DNA from: Sarea resinae
Taxonomy: Eukaryota
NCBI GenBank assembly: GCA_026026165.1
Contig: JAPEUD010000001.1
Location: forward strand, 62,001-126,000
Direction: 5' to 3'
Length of the DNA stretch: 64,000 nt
Both the position numbers and the translations under genes were made by a program. The notes beneath the pieces are model-generated. The model made no database searches and was not told where the DNA came from. It saw only the letters and a program-made list of their open reading frames with translations. This document shows positions 1 through 13,082 of the stretch, in pieces (the stretch's first letter is position 1; every line of letters begins with the position of its first letter).

Positions 1-690
1 GTGATACTCCGTACGAGGGACAGCACAGAGAAAGGCCGCCCTAACCCTATGAAGATGCCCCTTATGTAAATCTTGGTCGCTTTGTCGACTCAGGAACGCG
101 ATGATGTGCACCTGGGGCGGTCGTCTAGCCCGAACAGGCCATCGCACGCAAACGCGAAGGCCTCCCTAGCCCAAAAATAGCCAACGGCCCCTTTCTTTGT
201 CTCACACGCCAAGTGCGAGAGTCAGGTCCTGTAGTACTTCGCTATGGCGCATGCCGCCACGGCAACGCATGTACCTCGCTGCCTGTCGCCTGTCGCTCCA
301 CGTACGACTAGTGTAATCCTCCGTCTGTCGTGGTCGGCCCTCCGTCCTCCCGTTTGATCCGCTTTTCCCCCCTTAGTCCTTCCTCCCTTCCCTTCTAAGC
401 TTCCTTTCTTCCCTTCTTTCCCCGTCTCTCTGTCCCTCTTTCCTTCACACAATTCACTATTGGAGCCACCTTTTGCCATCTCCAAATCCACATTTCAAGC
501 TTTTTCCTTTCGATCCGGACCAAGGCGGCGCTCATTCATTCATTCAGCGCTTTCCACGTAATCCCACTCGTTAATCCTCGACTTATTTCTTCAATCGACG
601 TCCACCTAGGAATTCTTTTTTCCATTCACAACTCCTAATCAAGACATCTCGACAAAAACCACCAGTCACTTCCTCAGATCAGCATCGAAC

Positions 691-1700
691 ATGCGTTTCT
701 CTACCATCATTCCCGTCGCTCTCGCGGCTGCCCCGGCTGTGGTCTCCGCCGCCGGCACTCTCGGTTTCGCTCTTGGAGACAAGAACGCCGATGGCTCGTG
801 CAAGCAGACCTCTGACTACGAGGCCGACTTCGACACCATCAAGAGCCAGAGCACCATCGTCCGTGGCTACTCCGCCAGCGAGTGCAACAGTGCCGCCCAG
901 ATCCTCCCTGCTGCTCAGAACAAGGGCTTCAAGGTCGTCTTGGGTGTTTGGCCCGATACCGATGACTCGTTCAACGCCGACAAGGCCGCCCTTCAACAAT
1001 ATGTTCCTCAATATCAAGACAGCGTCTACGCCGTGACCGTTGGCTCGGAGACCCTGTACCGTGGCAACTTCACTGGTTCCGAGCTCCTCTCGAAGATTAA
1101 TGAGATCAAGTCTGTCTTGCCCAACACCAAGGTCGGAACTGCCGACAGCTGGAACAAGTACGCCGACGGTACCGCTGATGCTCTCATCACCGGAGGCGTC
1201 GATCTCCTGTCAGTACAGACCTCAATCGTTGCTTTTCCTCAGGAAATGCTAATAAGTTCATAGTTTGGTCAATGCTTTCGCCTACTGGCAATCCCAGGCC
1301 ATCGACAACGCTACTGCTACTTTCTTTGATGATGTTCAGCAAGCTATTGGTCACATTCAATCTACCGCTGGATCTACCTCCAGCATCGAGACCTGGGTTG
1401 GTGAGACTGGCTGGCCTACCGGTACGTATCAAGAGTGCACGTCTACATGAATAGCCGCTGATGTCTTCCACAGGTGGTGGGAACTATGGCGCGGCTGTCC
1501 CAAGTACCTCGAATGCTCAAACCTTCTGGTCCAATGGTGTCTGCGGTATGCTCGACTGGGACACCAACGTGTTCTTCTTCGAGGCCTTTGACGAACCGTG
1601 GAAGCCAACCAGCATTGGTGACAACGGCCAGAGCGAGGACGAGACCCACTGGGGTGCCTGGAACGCTGACCGCTCCACCAAGTACAGCTTGAGCTGCTAG
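691..1700 (+). CDS. bgt1: GH17 beta-1,3-glucanosyltransferase / glucanase (Bgl2/Bgt1 type), secreted
   Basis: Exons 691-1208, 1264-1421, 1474-1700 (GTCAGT..GCTAAT..TAG; GTACGT..GCTGAT..CAG) join in frame. Signal peptide MRFSTIIPVALAAAPAVVSA; GH17 motifs VTVGSETLYR (acid/base Glu), NAFAYWQ, WVGETGWP (nucleophile Glu), FEAFDEPWK, ETHWG. Confidence 0.93.
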
Positions 1701-3886
1701 GCTGTCTCGCCGTAGCTTTCCTTGAGCTCTTTCCCTTGGGGTTAATCGAGTTCGGCGGGGTTCAAGGATCGGGACAGACTTGAATTGTACAGACACGTGT
1801 CCGCAGCATTAGGGTCGATGGTTGCATTGGGTCTGGTCCGTGGCATTGTCTGAGTGTTTGCATTCTCTTCATTCATCTTCTATCGCTGCAGTCGAGTGAT
1901 GCCTCGCGAGAGGGTCGTCGCGGCTCCGCGTGTATTTATATAGACTTTTATTAAAATAAGGGTAGGCAATCGCATCTGGAGGAATGGTGGTGTATAATTC
2001 AAAAGTTTCATCTCTATCGTGAGACCGAACATGGACATGAGCATGTGTTTCTCTGTGGATGGAAACGACATCCGATGGAAAGGTTTGATTCCTTGATTTC
2101 TCGTCTGGCCCGGTCGAGCCTGGACCTTGCATCGAAGAGGTGGCGTCCCTTGGCGTCCATTGGCGTCCCGTCTGCCAGTCATCTCGTACCTTGGTCGAGT
2201 ATTACTGCATGCGGCTCGCCTCTTGCAGCCTCACAGCTGCACCGCCTCGCATCGATTGGATTTGCTTTCGCCGAGCAGTCGTCCACACCTACTATGTACC
2301 TAGAGTCTCACCGCAGACGCGTCACCAGTCGAATCATGTTGGCGGATGGAGGTTGCATTCCAGTGTGCGCCATGAGCTCTCCAGTAGGGAGGTGCCTACT
2401 ACTACCTTGTACGTAGTAGATAAGGTAGGTACTAAGGTATGGATACTACGAGTCCGGTACCGTCTGCCAGTGGGGATGACATCACATACAATTTCATCCA
2501 GACGCAATGCCGCGACCAAGTGGAAACGGATGGGGCCCATACTGGATAGTACTGCATCGTAGGCCCTCGGCTGACGCTCCTTTCGTGGCTCAGACGGTGG
2601 GATGTTGGCTTGTGGGCTTGTGGGCTTCTGACGATCTGGCGAGGTAGCGCCGAGTACCTACCTACCTTACTCCACCATTCCCATTTTACTGCAGCCAATG
2701 TACCTGACATGAAGTACTACGTAGTACTTACCTAGTATGAGAGTCGCTTGAGCACGGGAGACGAGCGATCAGCGACCACTCCGGAGTAGACCACCCACAC
2801 CAGGCAGGTAGCGGGAGGTTGTCTTTTGCGCTCCCTCCACGCCTTTTGCCCTTCTCGCTCGACTTGCAATACCTGGCCTCTACTTTGCCGCGTGGTACCC
2901 ACCCTGGTCGAAGCACCAACGAGCCGCGAACCCACGAACCCACGAACCCACACACCACGTACATACGGAGGAGTACTCGTACTCTACATCGAAGAGAGGT
3001 ACCTTACACTGGTCATGTCTCTCTTCTCGCTCTTCTCTCGCTCTTCTCTCCCTCTCTCGTCCTCTGGTCACGTCGCCTCGCCTATCTTTGCTGCAGGGTC
3101 GAAACATGATCTCCGGCTGGTGAGAGCGTCGCGTACAGCGGACAGAGAGGGTCCTGAGAGGTACCCGACCAGACCGTCCAAGTACCCGTGGCGGGACGCG
3201 CGCTCCCAGGCACCGCCAAAATGCTTCCCAATCAGCGCGGCTGGATGACCGCAGTGACTTCGAGTGACATGCGCCGACCCTTGAAACCCCATCATTGTCG
3301 CGCAGACCCTTGCCGCACTCCACCGCCATCCCTGATCTCCCAACTCTCCTAACCAAATCCACTGTTTAGATGACACCCGAGACGATATGCGTAGAGCAGA
3401 GTCGAGTCGAGTCGAGTCGAGTCGAGTAGTTGATGGACGGACGCATTCTTGATGGATCCATTGACGGTCATTACATTACACCCTTTACCCCCTCTCCTGC
3501 TGGATGCACCAATATTCATCCACTGTACACTGCACTCACTACCGTGCCCATTTCAATTCCCACCGTGCTGCTGCTGCTGCTGCTGCGGCGCCTGTTCTTT
3601 TGGCCTTGCCTTACCACCACTACCACCGTCCTTTTTTTTCCACGTATCTTCAGCTCTCCTCTTCCTCTTTCACACGCTCTCTTCTACTTCCTGCCACTTC
3701 TGTCAACAGTATTAGGTTAAATCAACGGCTTTTTAAACATTCGAATTCGTTCAATGCGTCCAGATGGTCGTTTGGGGTGGACGGCTGCGTTACGGTGATA
3801 TTGCTCTCGCAGCATATCCCGATCAGCCTCTTCGGTCGACCGACGGCAGGCGCTTTCCAACCTGCCGTTCGTTCAATCGGACCCTC

Positions 3887-4861
3887 ATGAGAATGTTTTC
3901 GTTGGCCGTGAACCACGCCGATTTGCGGAAATCGTTGGCCCGCGTGTTCGCTGTCCTGGTGTTGCTGGCCGCCACCTGGACGTTGAAGCTCTACTACGAC
4001 GCTACCAAGAATCCCTGGAGGAGCATCGCCGCTGGCTATGGCGAGAACCAACATGAATACACGCCTCCGTTCAACAGCAGCGACAAGGTGATTGTGATCG
4101 CGAAGACGCAACGGGAGGATACCAACTGGGTTGCTGACTATCTGCCCGAGTAAGTAGGGCCCTATTTTGGTATTAATCTGGCTAATAGGTTATATCATAG
4201 TTGGCAACGTGCCATCTACGTCGTCGACGATCCCGCCGCCGAGTTTCACACTCCGGTCAACAAGGGTCGAGAAGCCATGCCCTACCTGACCTATATAATC
4301 GACAACTACGACAGCCTTCCACGCACCATAGTCTTCTTGCACAGTCATCGGAACGGATGGTGGACGGCGTGGCACAATGACGCCCCTTATCACGATAATG
4401 TGATAGCTCTGCGGAATCTCCGACTAGATTACGTCGAATCAAGCGGTTACGTCAATCTGCGGTGCTCTTGGAGCCCAGGGTGTGAGGCCGTCCAGTTGAA
4501 AAATCAACACATCACCCCCGCAGTGTGGAAAGAGTTCTTCCAGACGGACGAAGCGCCTCCTCAAGTCGGCTCGGCCTGTTGTGCCCAATTTGCCGTCTCG
4601 AGGGAGCAGATTCTCAAGCGGCCGATCGGCGACTATCAGAGGTACCGGCAATGGGTTTTTGACAGTCCACTGAACGACGCAAAGAGTGGGCGAGTCATGG
4701 AGTATATGTGGCATGTCATTTTCGGAAAAGATGCGGTTGAGTGAGTGCCTGTGCCCATCTGTCCCCTATTCTTTCTTGTGCTTGCTGACTTGAGGATTAG
4801 TTGTCCGCATCCCGCCGAATGTTATTGTAAAGTGTATGGTCAATGCAGCGACGATTACTAA
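3887..4861 (+). CDS. DUF3431-family type II membrane protein
   Basis: Exons 3887-4149, 4201-4740, 4801-4861 join in frame. N-terminal TM (VFAVLVLLAATW); family motifs NKGREAMPYLTYIIDNYDSLP, FLHSHR, AWHND, GYVNLRC, CCAQFAVSR, GRVMEYMWHVIFG and C-terminal CP..CYCKVYG.C. Confidence 0.88.
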
Positions 4862-6239
4862 ATAGAATCAAGCATGCCTATACTGTCACTCGTCATTCTT
4901 CGAGCATCATCCTTGATCCATTCACCCATTCTTGGCGCTCTAAAGCCGACGTTGGAATACTTCTGGGCCTCGTTCCCCTATCTCCAAGATCTCGTCACAC
5001 CACATACATACATCGATCTCTCGACACTGCATCCCCCACGGCATCCCTATCGATTCACGGATGACTTGTCCGTTGTGTTGATGCAAAAGAGAAGGGGGAT
5101 GTCTTCTTGTATTTTCTCAAAAGTCAAGTCCAAAGCGTCTCTCAATCCGCTATCTGTCCATGTCCTCGACCGACAATACGCCTCGGCTCCGTGGCTCTAG
5201 GTGGCAGACATAGCCCTGCGCATCCACGGACGGCCATCACCATCTTCCGTCTCGGCCATCACCGTCTCCCACATCGACCGACCATCCACCATCCCGACCG
5301 ACCAACCAACCAACCACCATATCGACCTACCAATCCAGTCATCCATCCAACCTGGGGCGTTTCTCATCACCATCTCACTCGAGCCCCATCGAGGTTTTCG
5401 TTTTCACGCACGCATTTCCACTGCCCTATCGTCCATTCATCCATCTCATCCATCTCATCCCGTCAATTCAACATCCAGGCGTTCAAAGGCGCACGGCTCG
5501 GCCGCAAAAGGTCCAATAGACCAAGAAAGCAGGCGTTCCGTTACATTTGGGGATTGTGCTTTTGGGTCACATTGCTGCTTCTCCTCATTCTTGTTTGTAA
5601 GACGACCTACTCACTCAGTCGATCGATTTGGTTGGCATCACGAAGGCATCATTTATTTTCCTCTGGTTCCTCCAGCTCAAACAATCACCATTGCTCTTTT
5701 TTCTGTCCCATACATTTCGTGTCGATATATCCACTGGTGCGCTGATTAGAGGGGGAAAGAAGCGGGAAAGGCGCGGGAGAAGAAATTGGAAAGGACAGGG
5801 GGCCAGGAAAGGGGGATACAGGAATACCGCGCCAGGTACAGACGGGCACGGAAACAGTACTAGGTGCCGGTCCGTTTCGGGCTGCTGTCTCTGTTGCCGC
5901 GGCCGTCTTTGTCGTTTGGTCGTTTCGGTCATATCGCTCGTCAGTCCCCGTCAATCGACGATAATCTTGGTCAGGAACCTGGCGGAAAGAACAGCGGCGC
6001 AAACCAGTTCCGCGAAGAAGGAAGGCAGTGGGGCGGGGCGGCGAAACGTACGGCAAAAAAGACGACACGACAAGACCAGACAAGACCAGACAAGACAAGA
6101 CAAGGCCACCTCGACCAACGCCAAGACGATCAAATTATATTCAAAGACCTGTCTTTCTAGAACAGACAGTAGATTAGAGCCCTAGAGAACTTCCCATCCA
6201 ACTATCTAACCAAAACCAAAAAATATCAAAAATTCGACA

Positions 6240-6284
6240 GATTATGTATACGCTCTTTCTTGATGTGTGTGTATGTATGTGTAT

Positions 6285-6325
<41 letters not shown>

Positions 6326-7500
6326 TTAGTGTTCTTAAGTAGAGGTAGGTAGGTAAATATTCATATACATATATATATCAAAATATATACGTATACAATC
6401 TATTTTTATAGACTGTATAGTAGATAGTTAGAAGTGTGTGTGTGTGTGTGTGTGTGTATCTCTATCTAGTATAATAACACTGCACTCCTCTCCTCTAGAG
6501 AGGATAATATACACACAGAATATATAGTGAGCAGTAAATAAATTACCTACCTAAGGTAGGCAAGGTAGGTATATATCTCTGTATAGGATTGCTTGTAGAT
6601 CTATAATCTCTTTTATATCTCTATATCGAATTCCCTTGTAGATAGTACAGATATACTATTTCCGCTCCTATCTAACTATGTGTTTTATTCTTGATACTCT
6701 GTTTTTTCAATCTACTGGGTACTTACTACATAGGTCCTTTGCTACTAGATATAGAAGGAGGTGGACTAGATATCTAGAGTGAGTAGATAGGTACATAGTC
6801 TATTCTTCCTCTCGAGGATCAGGATAGAATAGGATACTCTAGCTACTCTAGCCACTCTAGCTACTGACTCTAGTAAGACTAAGAGAGAAATCAACTCTAG
6901 AATACCTCTAGTCTATATATAGTGTAGATTACTCTAGTCTAGTCGAGAACACTGTAGTCTTGAATACGCAATATACTAGGCGGTATATAATCGCACGATC
7001 GAACAAGAATAGCGTGCCTGGTCCAGCTAGACAGGAGCGAGTGAGCGAGTGAGTGAGTGAGTGAGTGAGTGGTAGGCTAGGGATATAGGGGTCTGTGATA
7101 CAGGGACCTGTGATATACGATATACGATATAAGATATAAGATATAAGATAGAAGATATAAGGTATAAGATACAGGATAGGACCGGGCACGATTTAGGACA
7201 CGATATAGGACAGGATACAGGATACAGGATCCATCATAGACGATACACGATTTAGGTATGTTATACGATACACGATACACGATACACAGCACACGATACT
7301 GTATACACGACACTGCACACACGCCTCGTCTTCTTTCTGCCTTTCTTCTCTTTACCCTTCTCTTCTTTTTACCCTTTTTTTTCTCTTTACCCTTTTCTTC
7401 TTTACTCTTCTTTTCTCTTTCTTTCTGCCCCTTTATCCCTGGCCCTCCCCGTCTCCCCTCTAACCCTGACCCCCCACCCCCCTCTCCTCTCACTTCACTT
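6240..7500. repeat. Microsatellite and TpA-rich low-complexity zone: (GA)n, (GT)n, CTCTAG-type repeats, (GTGA)n, GATAY/GATAC pentamer array, pyrimidine tract
   Basis: Directly visible: (GA)n about 6288-6323, (GT)n about 6434-6457, repeated CTCTAG 6837-6950, pentamer array about 7110-7310, T/C tract 7330-7500. Confidence 0.85.
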
Positions 7501-7519
7501 CACTCCCCGGGAACGAAGA

Positions 7520-9358
7520 TCACATGAGCGGAAACTCCCTCGGTGGCGGATGAGCGCGTGGTGCACGCTGGGCTGAGGGGCCGGGTGTCTGTCCGTGTCC
7601 GTGTCCGGACTTTTGTCCCGGGATCTGGATCCGGCTCTGTGTCTGGCCCTGCGTCTGTGTCTGGCCCTGTGTCCGGATCCGGCTCTGTGTCTGGCCCTGT
7701 ATCTGTGTCTGGGTAGAAGACGGCGAGGAGGACGGCAGAGAGGAGGGAAGAGGGGGCGGTTTCCGCTGGGGCGGAGGCTGCTGTTTTGGTATTTGTCTCG
7801 GTTGCTGGACCGGGGCTTGGATTGGGATTTGGACTTGGGGCTGAACTTGGGGCTGGACTTGGGGCTGGAGTTTCGTTTGTGATTGCGGTTGTGATTGCGG
7901 TTGCGGTTGTGATTGGGCTTCTGCTTTTGCTTTTGGCCGTGGTTGTGACTGTGGTTGTGGCTGGAATTGTGCCTGCTGTGGTGCTTTGCGCTGCTGCTGA
8001 TACTGTTGATCCTGCACCGATCTTGCTATTTGCTGCTGGACCTGTGGTGGCTGGGATTGCCGTTGCGAGGGGACTTCTTTCCGAGGAATCCTCGCGGTCG
8101 CGATAGGTGGAGACTTTGTCGGGGCTGGAGCAGTTGCAGTGGCTATCGAGGCGGCTTTCGGTGTTTTCGGAGTATCCTTTGACGTGGTTTTGGGTGTAGG
8201 CACAGACGCGCCCTTGCTGGCGCTCTTCTTTCTACTAGAACTCTTGATGTGAGAAATGTCGCCACCACTTCCACTTCCACTGGCACTTTTCTTCCTGCTT
8301 GAACTCTTCACGTCCAAAGTGTCGCCACCACTCCCACTCCCGCTGCCACTCCCACTGCCCACCACCCCCTTCCCACCTCTCAACGACCGCGAGCTCCCCC
8401 TTCCCCCCAGAACAGTCGTACCAGGCGTACTGCTCCCACTGCCCTCGAGACCCCTCTTCATCATCTTTCCCAACGCGCCTACTAGTGCCGCTGCCTCCTC
8501 AAACTCCTCATCATCCATGCCCTCCTCGGCCCCATAAACCCCCCTGATGGCCCTCCTCGCTAACCGCCTCGACGCGTCGGCGTCCCGCACGCAGTCATAG
8601 AGAAAGGCGCATTGTTCGAGCGCCACGGAGAGGCGCAGTGGATGTGAGCCGGACAGGTGCGTCGACGCAAGCTGGCTGGCGTCGTAAAAAGAAGACGAGG
8701 CGAGCGGGATGAAGTTGGCCGCTGGTAGGAGAAAAGAGGCCGAGGGCGGTGGGAGCGGGATGTTCGTCAGGCCTGGCGGGAGGTGGGGATGGGGGGTGGG
8801 AGTCGGTGAGACGGTAGGGGATATGTTGATCGGGTCATCGGTGCCGCCGACCGGGCCACCTTCCATCGGGTTTGGGGCCGGTCTGGCGGTGGTGGATTTG
8901 GCCTTCGTAGTCGGTGGAGCGGGGAAATGTGACATGCCGTTTGGCGATTCCGATGACGGCGCGACGGGAGTTCCGGGAGAGGTGGAGTGGCTAGGGATCG
9001 AAATGTGTGAGACGGGAGGTTGGTTGTGGAACAGAACGAGCACATGGTAGAAGCTCGCGCGCAGTTTGTAGGCCAGCACCTTCAGCTCTGTGTAGCCCTG
9101 TACCATGGGGAGCACATACTGCTCGAGGATGATGAGCCCTTCCCGGGTCAGCCAGATGATATGATGATAAAGTTGGAGGGACTTTGTGTCGCGGGTGGTG
9201 TCGAGACGGCGGTGTCGGCGGGCGCGGACCAGCTTCCGAGAGAGGATGACGGAGAGCCCCAGAAGCTTGAAAAGCATGGATGAGAGGAAGGGATTGTCGT
9301 CGTTGATGTTCTTGGCAAACTGCCCGAGCATTTTTTGGTCTACCTCCGAAGAAGCCAT
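7520..9358 (-). CDS. Divergent fungal 14-3-3-like protein with a long Ser/Gly/Gln/Pro-rich C-terminal tail
   Basis: Single 612-aa ORF. KVLAYKLRASFYH resembles the 14-3-3 motif KVFYxKMKGDYYR; LSGSHPLRLSVALEQCAFLYDCVRDADASRRLARRAI resembles [21 protein letters not shown]...ACxLAKxAF. Confidence 0.8.
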   Translation of the reverse strand: MASSEVDQKMLGQFAKNINDDNPFLSSMLFKLLGLSVILSRKLVRARRHRRLDTTRDTKSLQLYHHIIWLTREGLIILEQYVLPMVQGYTELKVLAYKLRASFYHVLVLFHNQPPVSHISIPSHSTSPGTPVAPSSESPNGMSHFPAPPTTKAKSTTARPAPNPMEGGPVGGTDDPINISPTVSPTPTPHPHLPPGLTNIPLPPPSASFLLPAANFIPLASSSFYDASQLASTHLSGSHPLRLSVALEQCAFLYDCVRDADASRRLARRAIRGVYGAEEGMDDEEFEEAAALVGALGKMMKRGLEGSGSSTPGTTVLGGRGSSRSLRGGKGVVGSGSGSGSGSGGDTLDVKSSSRKKSASGSGSGGDISHIKSSSRKKSASKGASVPTPKTTSKDTPKTPKAASIATATAPAPTKSPPIATARIPRKEVPSQRQSQPPQVQQQIARSVQDQQYQQQRKAPQQAQFQPQPQSQPRPKAKAEAQSQPQPQSQPQSQTKLQPQVQPQVQPQVQIPIQAPVQQPRQIPKQQPPPQRKPPPLPSSLPSSSPSSTQTQIQGQTQSRIRTQGQTQTQGQTQSRIQIPGQKSGHGHGQTPGPSAQRAPRAHPPPREFPLM

Positions 9359-12300
9359 TCGGGTGAGGCAGAGAAATCAGCGGAGGATGGGTTTGCTAAT
9401 TTTGAAGTAGGAGTCAGCTCATTTGTGTCTTTGACAATAAGATCGTCAACAAGACAATCTTTCTTGGTACAACAACCAAAAGTCTGACGGAGACTCCATA
9501 GACTCCACGAGTGAATCGGTGGTCGCCGCGGCGACAAAGGGAGATTCCAAATAGACGGACCTGTATTATACACTGGGACAATGTTCACTGGACAGTTCCA
9601 AAGGCTCCGCTTGAGCAACCAAAGCAAGCAAACACGGGATAGCAAATCAGACGCTTGCCGCCTCGAGACACCCTGTGTCGAATATCAATGGTAAAGAAAT
9701 ATCCGCGCATGCATCGATTTCCCTCAGATCTCGGTTTCCTCGGTCAAAGCAAACGGTAAACCACGACTATCGGACACACTTCAGCAGCCTGACAAATGAG
9801 ATGCCGTCGAAAACTTTTGTAGAGAAAAGGTATTGATTGGGTCGAAGATTGACGTCGTCGAATCAAGATGAGAAATGGTCGCTTCAACTCGGATGGAAAT
9901 TCACAGCAAAGATACTGTACAAGGCCAAACAAGTGAAGCCGGATTCTGTCGGATGATATCGAATCTTCGAGATGGGAGAGCCGCAAAACCGACATATATT
10001 ACAATAGGAGAGTCGCAGATATCACAATCGCTATGAGATTAGTTGATCAGCGCCAGCCACACATAAACCAGGTCGAGACTGCGCCATCGAACTGACCTCC
10101 GGGAAACGACTAGATGGCCAATGCGCCTCAGAGGTACAGCTGCCGTCTCATTCGTTCAGCACCACAAATCTGATACCGACGGGCACCCAATCGGAATTGG
10201 ACGACGGCTCCAGTTCGACAGAGGCTGACGGACGTCACCGAACCGGACCAGACAACAGGTAGGCAGAAAATTGACCGTGCAGACAGCGCATCGCGGGTTT
10301 GTTGGCAGATGGAATTGAGGCGAAGACGATGGCAAAATATAAGGGCGGTGACGTGCAGAGCACCAGCGGTGAGCGACGAGTGGCCAATGCGCGGTAACCC
10401 CGGAGAAATAATCTATTCCGGGCAACAGAGAACAGAAGTCGCCTCGATCGTTGTCAATGGGCACAAGCAAGCCCAATTGCGCATGCCAGCCTTGCCTTGC
10501 CTTCGGTGCCCTCAGACAGTGCGACTGTCGAATTTCTCGTGGCACGCACCCGGCAAGCGATTTGTAACGAGGATTGGCAAACACGCGCGCGCGCGCACAC
10601 TCAGAAAACTAAGAAGGGCGAGCGAGCGAAAGACAGCATGAGGTACTCATCGCGGCGATGGAGGACAAATGGCAGTGGATAGAATCGATTAGAAAGGAGG
10701 AAAAGGGAAGGCCTCCCACCGATCGCTGCAATCGAGTACTTAGCCTACAGTGGCTCTCCTTGGTCGCGCAGGACGGGCGACGGGCGACGGGCGACGGGCG
10801 ACGGGCGACGGATCCGTCGTCGACTATGGTGGACTCCGGCCCTGCATTGAAGCGTGCAGGATGCATCAACATACGTGTCAATCGCACCAGGGTCGGCTCT
10901 CTGCGTAAGTTAAAACGAGACGAGAGTATCCGAACTCAGCCCTCGCCTACCCACTCGGCGAGGGCGAGGGCGCGGATGCGCATCAGGATCTCCATGATGA
11001 CCCGGGTGCGAAGGGGGCAATTGTCTTGATCGTTATGATGGCCGATATGAAGAGAGAGAGAGAGGGAGTGAGAGAGCAGAAGACAGATGAGAGGGAGAGA
11101 GTAGATGCAGGAGATTGGCATTCGATGAGGGGCAGAAGTCGACCTTTCTACTCTACTGGTCTTTTCCGTCTCAGCTACCTGTTGTTGCCCGCACATGACT
11201 CTGGTGTCACCACCGAGTACGACGTCTCGATCCATCAATCCATCTCTCTCCCTCAATCCTCTTCGTAGGCAGTGGAGTCAATACAATGGTGTTGTGCCAT
11301 TGTTGTTCAGCCGCATGACGGTCAAAGACAACAGACCATCGGTCTGTTGTCCGACATCGCTCGCTCTGGAAGCCGGCATGAAAAGGCGGTGACAGCCATC
11401 AAGTAATTACCGTACAAAGTTGCGCGCCTTCCGCACGTCCCAACCTTGGTGTTTCGGTTTCAACTTGATCGAAACGATGAGGATGAACATCAACATCAAC
11501 ATCAACATAAACATGAACATGAACATGAACCTTGCCAAATAATTCCATTATCATCAACGCCTCAGGATCAGCGTGGGCTACTAGGACCAGCGTTCTTCTT
11601 CGCATCCAGCGCTCAAGTCTAACAAGTATGCATTGATGCCCCTCGAGAGCAATGCAGACTATCAGACTCCGGGTGTCCCGCTCTCCCCGGTGTTTCAATA
11701 AGGTATGCTACTGCTGATGTATGTACGGAGACATTCTTCCCGATCGTGTTACACACACATCGTGGACACCCCAAAGAACACCCACCATCGCATGTCGCAG
11801 TCTTGCAGAAGAATGGCATTCCTCGCCAAAGATGGAGAGATGAATGTCTCCCTCTCCAACACAGTCCAAGCACCCACTCATCCTGATCCCGCAACGAAAG
11901 AAAAGTCTCCGAGTTTGTGCGTTTCGTGCATTCGTGCGTCTTTTCGGGCGACACAGCATCGGCGCCTGCCGGGTGGCATAGGGCTGACCGAACCTGACAG
12001 CCGTCTCGGTGACACGAAAAGGCTCGGGAGGAAGCCAAATGGATGGTTCCCTTGGCGTAGGGTTCCGTGGATGTTTGCTACATAACATCATTTTTGATAT
12101 TCGGAACAGGTCATGGCCATCGTCAGAAGAGAGCCCCTTCCCCGCGCCCTCCTCCCATGACAGAGAAAGACAGAGAGCACCATAGCCGGCGTGAAGATGT
12201 TGCCAGCGTTCTGATCTGTCACACGCCCACCCTCTCACGCGTAGTATATCTCCATCGAGAATGCAAGGACAGGCCGGACGGAGCGACGTCCTCCCGTTGA

Positions 12301-12869
12301 CGATGCAGGAGCAGGGAAGCTGTGCGAGAAAAGGCCCTGTTACTGGCTGCTCCAAGGGGATTTGCATAACGGTGCCTGATTGCCACGAGTGGAAACCTCG
12401 GGCGTGCCTCCTTGCATGGAAAACCGTTCGATGAGGCAGATTGAGCAATCATTTAGAAATGCGAGATGGGGAAAGCAGGCCGGACTGCTATCTTCTGCGC
12501 CGTATAAATCCCAATCCGAGTGTTCACTTCCTCTTTTTACTTTCTTTTCTGTTCTTCTTGGACGATGTTTTATTGGCAGCAGCTTCAATCGCCTGAACCG
12601 GTCACGCTCCCTACTGTTTGTGTGCGGATTGCTTCTTCTCGGGTTCCGCACTTGATTACTCTCACATTTCCGCATCTGAAGCTCGTTCGCGGCATCAGGA
12701 AACCCATGGTCCGAGAAAAAAAAACGCCAGACTCTGGTCCCTGTCAATCACTGTCGTTTCTGCAGAATAACATTCCATTTCGTGCGTCTTCGTCTCTACT
12801 CATTTCGTGTTTTTTGTGCCCCTTTTAACATTGATCAAGAGCTAGCTGGCATCCGCACTTTCGGAGACG

Positions 12870-13082
12870 ATGTGCCGCTACTACAAACACACGTATACCT
12901 GCACTCACGTGCGCTATGTCTTCGCCGCTTTCTGCAACAGCGCAGCGTTGGTGCAGACCCCATGCGGGTTTCGATCCATCTGGCAGAGCATTCCCATGGA
13001 AACTGAGTGCGCCGAATGCTACGTGCCAACGTGCGAAGAGAGGGCGAAGAACGAGGCGATCAAGGTCAAGAGGATTGCCTGA
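12870..13082 (+). CDS. Small (70 aa) Cys/His-rich hypothetical protein, possibly metal-binding
   Basis: ATG in a good context (GACGATGT); pattern MC-x8-C-x-H-x8-C-x9-C-x14-C-x2-C recalls a type of small fungal hypothetical protein; preceded by a pyrimidine-rich leader. A 3' intron is not excluded. Confidence 0.55.
   Translation: MCRYYKHTYTCTHVRYVFAAFCNSAALVQTPCGFRSIWQSIPMETECAECYVPTCEERAKNEAIKVKRIA

Noticed and set aside
5107..6185. Overlapping 180-210 aa ORFs
   Set aside because: Low-complexity sequence open in several frames, with no motif support.
9744..12828. Many 60-250 aa ORFs upstream of the 14-3-3-like gene
   Set aside because: No recognisable domains; consistent with chance ORFs in GC-balanced intergenic DNA.
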